Part shown: positions 24,805 to 33,391 of the stretch, piece after piece
Numbering within the stretch: position 1 is the stretch's first letter
How the letters are laid out: every line of letters starts with the position of its first letter
Virus record (IMG/VR): IMGVR_UViG_3300027704_000067
Location: 1 to 35,491 of that record
DNA length: 35,491 bases
Reading direction: 5' to 3' (one strand)
DNA from: a virus
Taxonomy: Duplodnaviria > Caudoviricetes
Notes under the pieces: model-generated
Database searches by the model: none
Told to the model about the DNA's origin: nothing
Seen by the model: the letters and a program-made list of their open reading frames with translations, nothing else
Program-made: the position numbers and the translations under genes

Positions 24805-24824
24805 TTTTCGTGCAAGCCTAAATT

Positions 24825-24885
24825 TGCGGGTTCCCTCCCTGTCCCGCACGACTATGGGTCGGCCAGAGTGTCGGCCCAACTTTTC
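24825..24885 (+). ncRNA. Candidate small RNA with anti-Shine-Dalgarno CCCUCCC loop (cuckoo/alpha-r14-like)
   Basis: TGCGGG-ttccctccctgt-CCCGCA hairpin, then TGGGTCGGC-cagagt-GTCGGCCCA hairpin and a short T-tract; intergenic. Confidence 0.5.
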
Positions 24886-24906
24886 AACTAACAAAGGAAA
24901 AACGAC

Positions 24907-25209
24907 ATGAGCAAAACAGCATCCCAGTGGTTTGACGCACGCGCCAGATTAACAGAAATTGAAGCAGAATCACCTCCTGCATTTGATGACCTTTCAAAAA
25001 TTGACAGGGGCGCGGTGTTGTTAGCGATCCACGAGGGCGAATGCGTCCAATACTTTAATGTCAAAAAGGGTAAGTGGCTGCACTGGATGGACTACGATAA
25101 CGGTATCAGCGGCTGGGAATCCTATCGCATCGCACCTGCACGCATTAGAGGAACGGTTGATGTCGATGCAGATGGAAATCCAGATTTTGATACATGGTTT
25201 GCAGAATGA
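24907..25209 (+). CDS. Hypothetical protein
   Basis: AAGGA RBS; 100 aa. Confidence 0.7.
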   Translation: MSKTASQWFDARARLTEIEAESPPAFDDLSKIDRGAVLLAIHEGECVQYFNVKKGKWLHWMDYDNGISGWESYRIAPARIRGTVDVDADGNPDFDTWFAE

Positions 25210-25406
25210 TTGTTTACGCAACCCTGTTGTTCCTTATGTCACCTGATGGCGCAAAGTTAGTTCCAATTATGGAGTTCAAAACAGCGCGAGAATGCAGCGA
25301 CGCAATGCCGAGCTTTTATGATAAGGTAAAGGACGGCTGGTCGGTGCATTGTCACACGCCAGAGCCAATTGTGCGCCCGCGTATTCGTCCAGAGGTGGCA
25401 TCGTGA
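25206..25406 (+). CDS. Small secreted or membrane protein
   Basis: ATGA-coupled start, hydrophobic N-terminus, two Cys, RPRIRP tail. Confidence 0.6.
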   Translation: MIVYATLLFLMSPDGAKLVPIMEFKTARECSDAMPSFYDKVKDGWSVHCHTPEPIVRPRIRPEVAS

Positions 25407-25633
25407 CTGGATCACACGCAGCGCAGGTTGATGGCATCAGGATGCTTCTCGAAGACGGATACAGCCCGTCAGACATCCGCGACCTTGGTATCTACTCACG
25501 CAGGGCAATCGAAGACGCATTCGCTGACGAGATTGCTAGAATGATACTCGACGTTATTGACGGAGATTACATTGCAAAAAACGTGATTGATGTATACATT
25601 GAGAGAAAGGGGAATCTATATGGTAATGGGTAG
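25403..25633 (+). CDS. Hypothetical protein
   Basis: GTGA-coupled start after GAGGT. Confidence 0.55.
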   Translation: MTGSHAAQVDGIRMLLEDGYSPSDIRDLGIYSRRAIEDAFADEIARMILDVIDGDYIAKNVIDVYIERKGNLYGNG

Positions 25634-26018
25634 ACCGTCAAAATATACACCAGAATTGCTTGAAGCTGCGTGGGCTTATGTCAACGGTGGTTGGCTTGAG
25701 TGCGGCGACAGGATACCGTCGGTTGCGGGTATGGCTTGCGAGATAGGAATCACGCGAGAGCTTGCCCATTTGTGGGTTAAGGACGAAAACAAGCCAGAGT
25801 TTTTTAACATTATGAAGACGCTAGGTCAAAAACAAGAGCGGACATTGACCAATAACGGGCTTGATGGAACGTACAACGGCATGATAACAAAGCTAATTTT
25901 GACCAAGCACAATTACAGTGACAAGATTGAGCAGGATAACACGTCGAGCGACAATAGCATGACGCCGCAAGTGGTTGAGCGGGTTATCGTGATGCCAGAT
26001 AAACCTGATGCAGACTGA
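25620..26018 (+). CDS. terS: Terminase small subunit (P22 gp3-like)
   Basis: MGRPSKY..PSVAG; directly upstream of and overlapping TerL. Confidence 0.8.
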   Translation: MVMGRPSKYTPELLEAAWAYVNGGWLECGDRIPSVAGMACEIGITRELAHLWVKDENKPEFFNIMKTLGQKQERTLTNNGLDGTYNGMITKLILTKHNYSDKIEQDNTSSDNSMTPQVVERVIVMPDKPDAD

Positions 26019-27315
26019 CAAAAGCGCGAAGTATCGCTTGCAGATAAAGACGGCGGGCGTGTTCCTGCCGTTGCTTGAGCCGTCGCGGTACAAGGCTGCG
26101 TGGGGTGGGCGTGGGTCCGGTAAGTCGCATTTCTTTGCGGGGCTGATGGTTGAGGAGGCGTTGCGCTATCCCGGCTACCGTGCCGTCTGCCTGCGTGAAG
26201 TCCAGAAATCTTTGAAGCAATCGGTCAAGCGTTTGATTGAGGACAAGCTGACAGAATACAACTTGGGCGAGGCGCAGGGGTTTAAGGTTTACCGTGAGGT
26301 GATCGAAACGCCGGGCGATGGCATGATAACCTTTGCCGGGATGCAGGATCACACGGCGGACAGCATCAAGTCGCTTGAAGGCTTTGACCGTGCATGGGTG
26401 GAAGAAGCACAATCGCTGTCTGACCGCTCAATGACGTTGCTGCGGCCTACGATCCGCAAAGAAGGCTCTGAAATCTGGTTCAGCTGGAACCCTTCGCGGG
26501 CCACCGATCCAGTTGATATGCTACTTCGCGGCGCAGTGACGCCAACAGGCGCAACAATCGTCAAGGCTAACTGGTCGGACAATCCTTGGCTGCCGGGCGT
26601 CCTGAAGCAAGAAATGCAGGACTGCATCGAAGCAACGCCAGAGCGGTTTGAGCACATCTGGGAGGGCGGTTATATGACCGTCCTTGAAGGTGCGTATTTC
26701 TCTAAGCATCTTGTTCAAGCTCAACTAGACGGGCGCATCGGTCTTGTCGCTAAGTCGATGCTGAACAAGACTTACGCCTGCTTTGACATTGGCGGCACGT
26801 CACGCAAGGCCGACGCCACTGCAATATTCATTGTGCAGTTCATCGGTCTGGAAGTTCGCGTGTTGGATTATTACGAGGCCGTCGGCCAGCCGTTCGAGGC
26901 GCACGTCAATTGGCTGCGGTCTAGCGGATACGAGGATGCTGTCGTTGTGCTACCCCACGACGGCCATAAGCATGATATGGTGTATGCGGTCACGCCAGAG
27001 GGCTTCATGCGTTCAGCGGGCTTTGTTGTGGACCTTGTGCCCAATCAAGGCGCAGGCGCAGCCATGCAGCGGATTGAGGCGGTGCGTGATATGTTTCCGT
27101 CTGTCAGGTTCAATGAGAATACGACAAAGGGCGGGCGCGAGGCGTTGGGTTGGTATCACGAAAAGCGGGATGAGGTGCGCGGCATTGGGCTTGGTCCCGA
27201 CCATGATTGGTCGTCGCACGCAGCCGACGCCTTTGGGCTGGTTGCGGTATACCAGCGCGGCGTGCAGACAACCAAGCGCGAGCCTATACGGAGGAACTTG
27301 CGCGGGATCGCATAG
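26008..27315 (+). CDS. terL: Terminase large subunit (PBSX-like)
   Basis: Walker A GGRGSGKS, Walker B WVEEA, LRPTIR, SWNP, nuclease DIG..DATAI and SHAADAF. Confidence 0.95.
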   Translation: MQTDKSAKYRLQIKTAGVFLPLLEPSRYKAAWGGRGSGKSHFFAGLMVEEALRYPGYRAVCLREVQKSLKQSVKRLIEDKLTEYNLGEAQGFKVYREVIETPGDGMITFAGMQDHTADSIKSLEGFDRAWVEEAQSLSDRSMTLLRPTIRKEGSEIWFSWNPSRATDPVDMLLRGAVTPTGATIVKANWSDNPWLPGVLKQEMQDCIEATPERFEHIWEGGYMTVLEGAYFSKHLVQAQLDGRIGLVAKSMLNKTYACFDIGGTSRKADATAIFIVQFIGLEVRVLDYYEAVGQPFEAHVNWLRSSGYEDAVVVLPHDGHKHDMVYAVTPEGFMRSAGFVVDLVPNQGAGAAMQRIEAVRDMFPSVRFNENTTKGGREALGWYHEKRDEVRGIGLGPDHDWSSHAADAFGLVAVYQRGVQTTKREPIRRNLRGIA

Positions 27316-27326
27316 TGTGTTATTTA
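27298..27326 (+). promoter_or_regulatory. Possible promoter for the ART/tail operon
   Basis: TTGCGC-N17-TATTTA with an extended TG; shares GTGTGTTAT with the 33334-33363 candidate. Confidence 0.35.
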
Positions 27327-27349
27327 TGGCACAAATATAGGGACCGCTG

Positions 27350-28828
27350 ATGAACCCGCTAGACTTCACGCCAGACGACTTCAACGCCTATCTGGCAGAA
27401 ATGTATCCAGACGGGGGCGGCAACGCGGCGTTTTTACGTCAACAATATCGCGAGAAAAACAACTTCACCAACATGCTACCAGACGGCGGCGTGGCGGACG
27501 GTCGGCAGCCTATCGCTGGCGGTTTTGCGTCTAAGGATATAGGCACGACGGGCCGCGAGGCTATGCGTTCGCTGCGCCCTGCTATCTGGAATGGTATCAT
27601 GGGTTTGCTGCAAGGTGGCGGTGAAGCCGTTCAGGCACCGCTTGACGCCTATCGTGGTTTGCTTAGTCCTGCCGAAATGACAGGCGCGGCAATGGGTACG
27701 GCAGGCATGGCAATGGGCGGCGGCATGGCTGCATCTGGTCGCGGCTTGCTGGATTATGATCCGAATACAGTTAGCGCGGGTGGTGCGCGGCCAGAAATGA
27801 GAGTGTACCACGGCGGCAATAAAACAGTCACTTCTCCCAAGGTGACTGTTGATGGCGAAGGGTTACTCGACGGGTTCAGCGTGACGCCAAATCTCGACGT
27901 GGCCGAGTTTTACGCTAGGCTTCGCGACGGGTCAGCCGTTTCAAAGTTTGATATTGATCCAGATTCGTTGAAAACTATAAGCGAAGCCGAATTATACGAA
28001 TTGCAGGAAAGATTGGAATTTTCTCTAGGGCTAGATGAGGGAGATTTGCCCGACGCGCGCCTGCTATCAGAAGTGAAATCTTTGGGATTCAATGCAATTC
28101 AATATCCTGATCCTGAATTTGGTTTGAGGGTCATTAACCCCGACATTTTGAAGCCAACACCGCGCACCGCCGCAGAAGCAATGGCCAAGCAGGTTCTTGA
28201 AATGCGGGCGGCGGGCAACGCTGGCGACGTGACTGACGACATGATGGCAATGGCCGACGATCCGTATATGTTTAACAATACGCCGCTTGATATGTCGGCG
28301 GAGGGTCGCATGGGGCGGGCTGGTGACATCAACACAAGCCTACCGTTGTATCATGGGGGGTCTAGGGATTTTAACGACTTCCGCCCATCGGTCCGTGGCA
28401 AAATTGGGCCGGGTGTTTATTTGACGCCCGATGCAAGAAAGGCAAATCGCTTTAGCGGATACGAGTATGGGCCGACTGAGCGTATAGAAAAGATGCTTAA
28501 TGAGGATAACCTGAGAAAGTCAGAGGTTTACCCGGTATTTGCTACGAACGCGCCCGCGCCTATGGACGTGAGGATGCAGGCAAGGACGGAGCGCAGTGCA
28601 TACGATGACGATATTGATGCTTATCGTAAGGTTTTTGACGAGGGTGGATATGATGGCGTAAGGGTTGAGGATGAAAGAACAATCTTAAACCCTGCCAACA
28701 TTCGCAGCCAATATGCACGATTTGATCCAGCATTTAAGCATTTACGCAACCTATCGGCAGGCGTGGCTGGCGTCGGCTTACTTTCACAAGCTGACCAGCG
28801 CCAACAACGACGAGGGCTTTTAGAATGA
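27350..28828 (+). CDS. Protein with two tandem ADP-ribosyltransferase-like (ART-PolyVal-type) domains
   Basis: Domain 1: VYHG..GFSVT..A.FYA..GFNAI..E..VINP. Domain 2: LYHG..F..GPGVYLT..A..F..VYPV..GYDGV..E..LNPANIRS..ARFDP. Confidence 0.7.
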   Translation: MNPLDFTPDDFNAYLAEMYPDGGGNAAFLRQQYREKNNFTNMLPDGGVADGRQPIAGGFASKDIGTTGREAMRSLRPAIWNGIMGLLQGGGEAVQAPLDAYRGLLSPAEMTGAAMGTAGMAMGGGMAASGRGLLDYDPNTVSAGGARPEMRVYHGGNKTVTSPKVTVDGEGLLDGFSVTPNLDVAEFYARLRDGSAVSKFDIDPDSLKTISEAELYELQERLEFSLGLDEGDLPDARLLSEVKSLGFNAIQYPDPEFGLRVINPDILKPTPRTAAEAMAKQVLEMRAAGNAGDVTDDMMAMADDPYMFNNTPLDMSAEGRMGRAGDINTSLPLYHGGSRDFNDFRPSVRGKIGPGVYLTPDARKANRFSGYEYGPTERIEKMLNEDNLRKSEVYPVFATNAPAPMDVRMQARTERSAYDDDIDAYRKVFDEGGYDGVRVEDERTILNPANIRSQYARFDPAFKHLRNLSAGVAGVGLLSQADQRQQRRGLLE

Positions 28829-29445
28829 GCATCACGACATTTACAGAACTGAAAGCGGCAATAAGCGACTTCCTTAACCGCGACGACACTGACGCGCCCG
28901 TATCCACTTGGATCGCGCTGGCCGAAGCTGACATGCGGCTAAAGATACGGCACTGGCGGCAGGAAAAGCGCAGCACAGCTCAGGTCAATACGCAATACAG
29001 TGCGCTCCCATCTGACTTTATCGAGGCCATTCGCCTTTACGGAACTGATACGGATACGCAGCAGATTGAGCTAATCAGCCAATGGGAATTGCTGGACCGT
29101 AAACGCAAGTCGTCCAATGTGTCGGGGTCGCCTGCATATTACGCAATTACGGCTGGTGAGATTGAAGTCTACCCCGTGCCAGATAGCTCTTATAACACTG
29201 AGTTGTATTATTACGGCAGCGTGGCGGCGCTGTCCGACATTGTTGCAACAAACTGGATTCTGACGTATCATCCCGACGTTTACCTTTACGGATCACTTAT
29301 GCACACGGCGATGTATCTGAAAGACGACGCCCGTTTGCAGGGCTGGGCTTCACTCTATCAGCAAAGCATCGACGCGATAAACCGTGACGGCGAGACAGCA
29401 AAATTTGGTGGTTCTGGCCGCCGCATGAAAATTAGGAGCTACTGA
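28825..29445 (+). CDS. Head-tail adaptor (tail tubular A-like)
   Basis: MSITTFTELKAAISDFLNRDD, IALAEA, LPSDF, G.P.YY, P.PD, PDVYLYGSL. Confidence 0.75.
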   Translation: MSITTFTELKAAISDFLNRDDTDAPVSTWIALAEADMRLKIRHWRQEKRSTAQVNTQYSALPSDFIEAIRLYGTDTDTQQIELISQWELLDRKRKSSNVSGSPAYYAITAGEIEVYPVPDSSYNTELYYYGSVAALSDIVATNWILTYHPDVYLYGSLMHTAMYLKDDARLQGWASLYQQSIDAINRDGETAKFGGSGRRMKIRSY

Positions 29446-29484
29446 AATGAACATCGCAACACTTACTGACGGAAGGGGCTAACC

Positions 29485-29913
29485 ATGTCCAAGTCAAACG
29501 CATTCGAGACGGCACTGTTGAATTTGATTTTCAACGCAACGGCAATGACTGGCGTTGCAGAAAATCACTCGTCCTCTCCAGTCACGAATTTATTTGTCTC
29601 ATTACACACTGGTGATCCGGGCGAAGGGGGCAACCAATCCACAAGCGAGATTGGGTACACAGACTACGCGCGTGTGTCTGTAGTGCGGACTAGCAGCGGT
29701 TGGACTGTAAGCGGCAACAGCGTGTCACCTGCGGCTGCGATTAACTTCCCCGCTGGTTCTGGCGGCTCAGGCACGGCTACGCATATGGGCATTGGCACAC
29801 TTACTTCTGGGTCTGGTGTTTTGCTTTATTCTGGCGCAATCAGCCCAACTATTGTGACGGGTGACGGCATCACGCCTTCATTGACGACTGCCACAGCAAT
29901 TACTGAGGATTGA
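29485..29913 (+). CDS. Virion structural / tail-associated protein
   Basis: S.AFE.ALLN, LFVSLHTGDP.E, YARV motifs. Confidence 0.7.
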   Translation: MSKSNAFETALLNLIFNATAMTGVAENHSSSPVTNLFVSLHTGDPGEGGNQSTSEIGYTDYARVSVVRTSSGWTVSGNSVSPAAAINFPAGSGGSGTATHMGIGTLTSGSGVLLYSGAISPTIVTGDGITPSLTTATAITED

Positions 29914-29916
29914 TAA

Positions 29917-30522
29917 ATGGTCACTCTCGTAAACAGAGCTAAAGTAGCCACGGCCACCACTGGCACAGGCACAATCACGCTTGGCTCTGCTTCGAGTGGT
30001 TATCAAACATTTGCCGATGCAGGGGTCGTTGACACGAATGTAGTTCGTTACGTTATTGAGGACGGGACGGCGTGGGAGATTGGTTCCGGCACCTATACGG
30101 CGTCAGGCACCACTCTTTCCCGTACCATTGATGAAAGTTCTACAGGTTCGTTATTGACCCTTTCAGGTTCGGCTGTGGTGTACGTCGCAATATCCTCTCA
30201 GGATCTTACGGGCTATCTATCCAAGGCTTGGGTCAACTTCAACGGCACTGGGGCTGTTGCTATTCGTAACGCTGGGAATGTAAGCAGTATCACGGACGGC
30301 GGAACTGGTGTTTACACATCAAACTTTAGCACTAATCTAAGTGGGTCAAATTATGCCGTAAATGGAAACTGCGCCTATCCTTCGACCACAGCACCCTATG
30401 GCCTTGTCAGTTTTACTAGCAATTATTCCATGTTAAGCTCTTCCATACGGGTTCGCACAGTAAATAGTACAATAGTAGAGGATATGGATTCTCCTTTGGT
30501 TATGCTGAAGGTGAGTGATTAA
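29917..30522 (+). CDS. Tail fibre protein
   Basis: [16 protein letters not shown]-terminal module; [22 protein letters not shown]-terminal module. Confidence 0.75.
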   Translation: MVTLVNRAKVATATTGTGTITLGSASSGYQTFADAGVVDTNVVRYVIEDGTAWEIGSGTYTASGTTLSRTIDESSTGSLLTLSGSAVVYVAISSQDLTGYLSKAWVNFNGTGAVAIRNAGNVSSITDGGTGVYTSNFSTNLSGSNYAVNGNCAYPSTTAPYGLVSFTSNYSMLSSSIRVRTVNSTIVEDMDSPLVMLKVSD

Positions 30523-30524
30523 AT

Positions 30525-30917
30525 ATGAGTAACTATAGAGTGATCTTTGAGGACCCAGATCATCCAGAACAGCCCGCCTGCGTGCTTGTCCCCAGCGACA
30601 ACTGGCTTGAAGAAGCCAAGGCTGGTCTACTGCCGCCTATATCTGTTTACTGGGCATTGCAGGACGATGAGCAGCAAGCCATCGTAGAGGGGCGTCATGG
30701 CACTTTTAAGCATGATCCAGAGAAACATGCAGCGCAGTGGACTGCACCTCGCATTGGCCCTCTCACAGAAGAAGAGGCTATTGAGTATCTCGTAATGAAG
30801 GACATCCCTCGGCACATTTGGTCACAAGAATACAACAGGCCAATGTTTAAGATTGTCAAAACGGAAGAAGTGCCAAGTGATCGGCAGTTTCGAAATGCTT
30901 GGAGGATTGCAGCATGA
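30525..30917 (+). CDS. Tail fibre-associated protein
   Basis: GPLTEEEAIEYLVMKDIP..PSDRQFRNAW; follows the fibre gene. Confidence 0.6.
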   Translation: MSNYRVIFEDPDHPEQPACVLVPSDNWLEEAKAGLLPPISVYWALQDDEQQAIVEGRHGTFKHDPEKHAAQWTAPRIGPLTEEEAIEYLVMKDIPRHIWSQEYNRPMFKIVKTEEVPSDRQFRNAWRIAA

Positions 30918-31270
30918 CACAAATTTTTATCAAGATTGGAGCTACATCTTACGACGCCGATGACTACACGCTCCCAACTGAACGCAACTTTCGTGGCGCT
31001 TGGGAAGTTAATGCTGGCACTGGAGTTATTTCCGTAGATATGACGCCCGCTAAAGAAATCTGGCGTAATAAGATACGTCAAGCTCGGGTTGGTCCTTTAG
31101 CCGCTCTTGACACAGCCTACATGAAAGCTCTTGAAACTGGGGCCGACACCACTCAGATTGTTGCCGACAAGCAGGCCTTGCGAGATGCACCTGCCCACTC
31201 AGATATTGACTCAGCTACAACACCAGCGGAACTAGCGGCGGTACAACCCGCTGGCCTGACGGTAACTTGA
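30914..31270 (+). CDS. Tail fibre assembly chaperone-like protein
   Basis: IRQAR..L..LD..KQALRDAP motif; ATGA-coupled start. Confidence 0.65.
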   Translation: MTQIFIKIGATSYDADDYTLPTERNFRGAWEVNAGTGVISVDMTPAKEIWRNKIRQARVGPLAALDTAYMKALETGADTTQIVADKQALRDAPAHSDIDSATTPAELAAVQPAGLTVT

Positions 31271-31315
31271 TGTGGACGCGGTTATTGCCTGAAAATGCAA
31301 GTTAGGATCGGATAA

Positions 31316-32089
31316 ATGTTAGGCTTTTCCCCACTAGCTTTTGCACCTCTTGGAGATGACGGAGAAGTTAGAGTCGCGCTTACCGGGTACGGCGGCGGCA
31401 CATTTGGCAGTTCCGCCTATGGCGGCGCAGAGACCACTGTAGTTTCATCAGTCGGCAGCGCCGCAGGTGTCGCGTCCGCAACAGGCGTTGCATTATCTGA
31501 CGCGGCCTCGACAAGCACGCTAGAAGGTTCTTCATCTGCGTCTGGCACTGCAATTTCTAATGCCGTGTCTTCCGGCGCGTCTAACGGCGCGTCGTCGGCA
31601 TCAGTCACGGCGACCGCTAGGATCAAGACAGTTGGCTCATCTGCGGGCTTATCGTCAGTGGATATTAAATCCCTGTCAATTTCTAGTTCGTCTGGCGCTA
31701 TTAGTGGCCAATCAGCAATTGCTGGCATTGCGCTTTCAGGTGTGGTATCGACAGGTAGCTCGGCAGGTTCTGCCTCCGTAGAAGCTCCCACACTCCTTAA
31801 GCGGGTTTCTTCCGGCTCATCTGCTGGTGAGGCTACGACTGCTAGTACGGGGCTTTCAAAGAGAGTTTCATCTAGCACAATTGTTAATTTTGCAGCAATT
31901 ACGGCATTTGGTGCATCAGCATCTGCCTCAAGCGGTGGCTTGGGCGGCATAGCTTCAAGTGAGGTGGTTTCTGGACTGGTCTGGGTGGCAGTGGCCAAAA
32001 CTGCGGAAGATTGGACGGATCAGCCTAAATCTGTAGAAACGTGGTCAGAGCTGGCCCAGACAACTGAAACGTGGAGCGAGGTGGCTTAA
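31316..32089 (+). CDS. Ser/Ala/Gly-rich virion structural protein
   Basis: MLGFSPLAFAPLG N-terminus, loosely periodic S/A/G repeats, Trp-repeat C-terminus (EDWT, ETWS, ETWS). Confidence 0.65.
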   Translation: MLGFSPLAFAPLGDDGEVRVALTGYGGGTFGSSAYGGAETTVVSSVGSAAGVASATGVALSDAASTSTLEGSSSASGTAISNAVSSGASNGASSASVTATARIKTVGSSAGLSSVDIKSLSISSSSGAISGQSAIAGIALSGVVSTGSSAGSASVEAPTLLKRVSSGSSAGEATTASTGLSKRVSSSTIVNFAAITAFGASASASSGGLGGIASSEVVSGLVWVAVAKTAEDWTDQPKSVETWSELAQTTETWSEVA

Positions 32090-32118
32090 ATGACTTTTGC
32101 GATAATCGAGGTGCTGAC

Positions 32119-32184
32119 ATGAACTATAAACCGATGAAGGCTGTCAAACGCAAGCCTAAACCGACAACAAAGAAGGGCAAGTAA
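32119..32184 (+). CDS. 21-aa highly basic peptide (not in the ORF track)
   Basis: [21 protein letters not shown]; GAGGTG RBS; stop 1 nt before the next ATG. Confidence 0.55.
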   Translation: MNYKPMKAVKRKPKPTTKKGK

Positions 32185-32185
32185 T

Positions 32186-33022
32186 ATGGCCGATACAACG
32201 ACAACAACCTATTCTTTGGTCAAACCAGAAGTCGGCGCTTCTGAGGACACATGGGGCGCGAAGATAAACACCACGCTCGACACCCTGGACAATCTGTTTG
32301 ACGGCACAACGGCAATCAAGCCAAATATTGTTCAAGGTGTGATTGATAACACAGTCATCGGCGGCACAACTGCTGCGGCTGTTACTGGTACATCAGTAAC
32401 CGCTGAGGACATGTTCATCACAGGCCCATCGCCCCTTCTTAGGCTGACAGACAATGACGCTTCTGACAATCACACCACTATACAAAACAACAATGGGTCC
32501 ACGTTCATTGACGGCCGCAACGCTACTGCAAACGGGGATATCATCTTCCGTGGCTCTGGCGGTGGCGTGGCAGATGAGTACGCACGGTTCGACAGCAGCG
32601 GCCACGCAATTGTTCCTGCTGGTGTAACCCTCGGCACTGCTGCGGGTGTTCATGCGGCGGCTAACACGCTGGATGATTACGAGGAAGGTACGTGGACGCC
32701 TATTGATGGTAGCGTAGCGTCACTTAGTTTGACCGTTTCAAATGCTACATACGTGAAGGTAGGCAATCTTGTTAGAGCAAGTGGGAGTGTCACATATCCG
32801 TCTACAGGAGACAGTAATCGAGCGCAGATTGGAGGTCTGCCCTTCACACGCGCTGCGGGCGTAACGGCAGGCGCTTTTATACAATACACCAACAACGGCA
32901 GTATTCCGACCTTACTTTGTAGCGGGACAACTGTTTCTGCCTACACTGCGTCGGGGGGTACCTTTACTAATGCCACACTATCAACCCACAGGATTGATTT
33001 TACTGTTATTTACGAGGCATAA
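32186..33022 (+). CDS. Tail fibre protein
   Basis: [26 protein letters not shown] anchor; [23 protein letters not shown] tip domain. Confidence 0.8.
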   Translation: MADTTTTTYSLVKPEVGASEDTWGAKINTTLDTLDNLFDGTTAIKPNIVQGVIDNTVIGGTTAAAVTGTSVTAEDMFITGPSPLLRLTDNDASDNHTTIQNNNGSTFIDGRNATANGDIIFRGSGGGVADEYARFDSSGHAIVPAGVTLGTAAGVHAAANTLDDYEEGTWTPIDGSVASLSLTVSNATYVKVGNLVRASGSVTYPSTGDSNRAQIGGLPFTRAAGVTAGAFIQYTNNGSIPTLLCSGTTVSAYTASGGTFTNATLSTHRIDFTVIYEA

Positions 33023-33071
33023 ACTTATTAGGGCAAGATGCACCTAACGGACACACACACAGGAGGCCATC

Positions 33072-33326
33072 ATGGCACTTACAGAACAGACGCTACAAGA
33101 TAAGATCGAAATCGTAGGCGAATACAAGCACGTCCAAGTTCGCACGGCCCGTGTGATCTACGATAACGACGTAGAGATCAGCCGATCATACAGCCGTCAC
33201 GTTGTTGCACCAGATGCAGACATCACAGTCGAGGCACCTGAAGTGCAGGCTATCTGCACAGCGGTTCACACAGGCGAGTTGAAGGCCGCGTATGCTTCTC
33301 ACCTTGAGGCGCAAAATACGCCCTAA
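33072..33326 (+). CDS. Tail fibre-associated small protein
   Basis: AGGAGG RBS; DKIEIV..VQVRTA..EISRS..RHVVAP. Confidence 0.7.
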   Translation: MALTEQTLQDKIEIVGEYKHVQVRTARVIYDNDVEISRSYSRHVVAPDADITVEAPEVQAICTAVHTGELKAAYASHLEAQNTP

Positions 33327-33332
33327 CAACAC

Positions 33333-33369
33333 GTTGCCCTTGTGTCACATTGTGTGTTATAAGGGCAAC
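33333..33369. promoter_or_regulatory. Long imperfect palindrome overlapping a promoter candidate
   Basis: GTTGCCCTTGTGtCACA-ttg-TGTGtTATAAGGGCAAC; TTGCCC-N18-TATAAG. Confidence 0.5.
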
Positions 33370-33391
33370 AGTTTAACGCTACGGAGCAACC

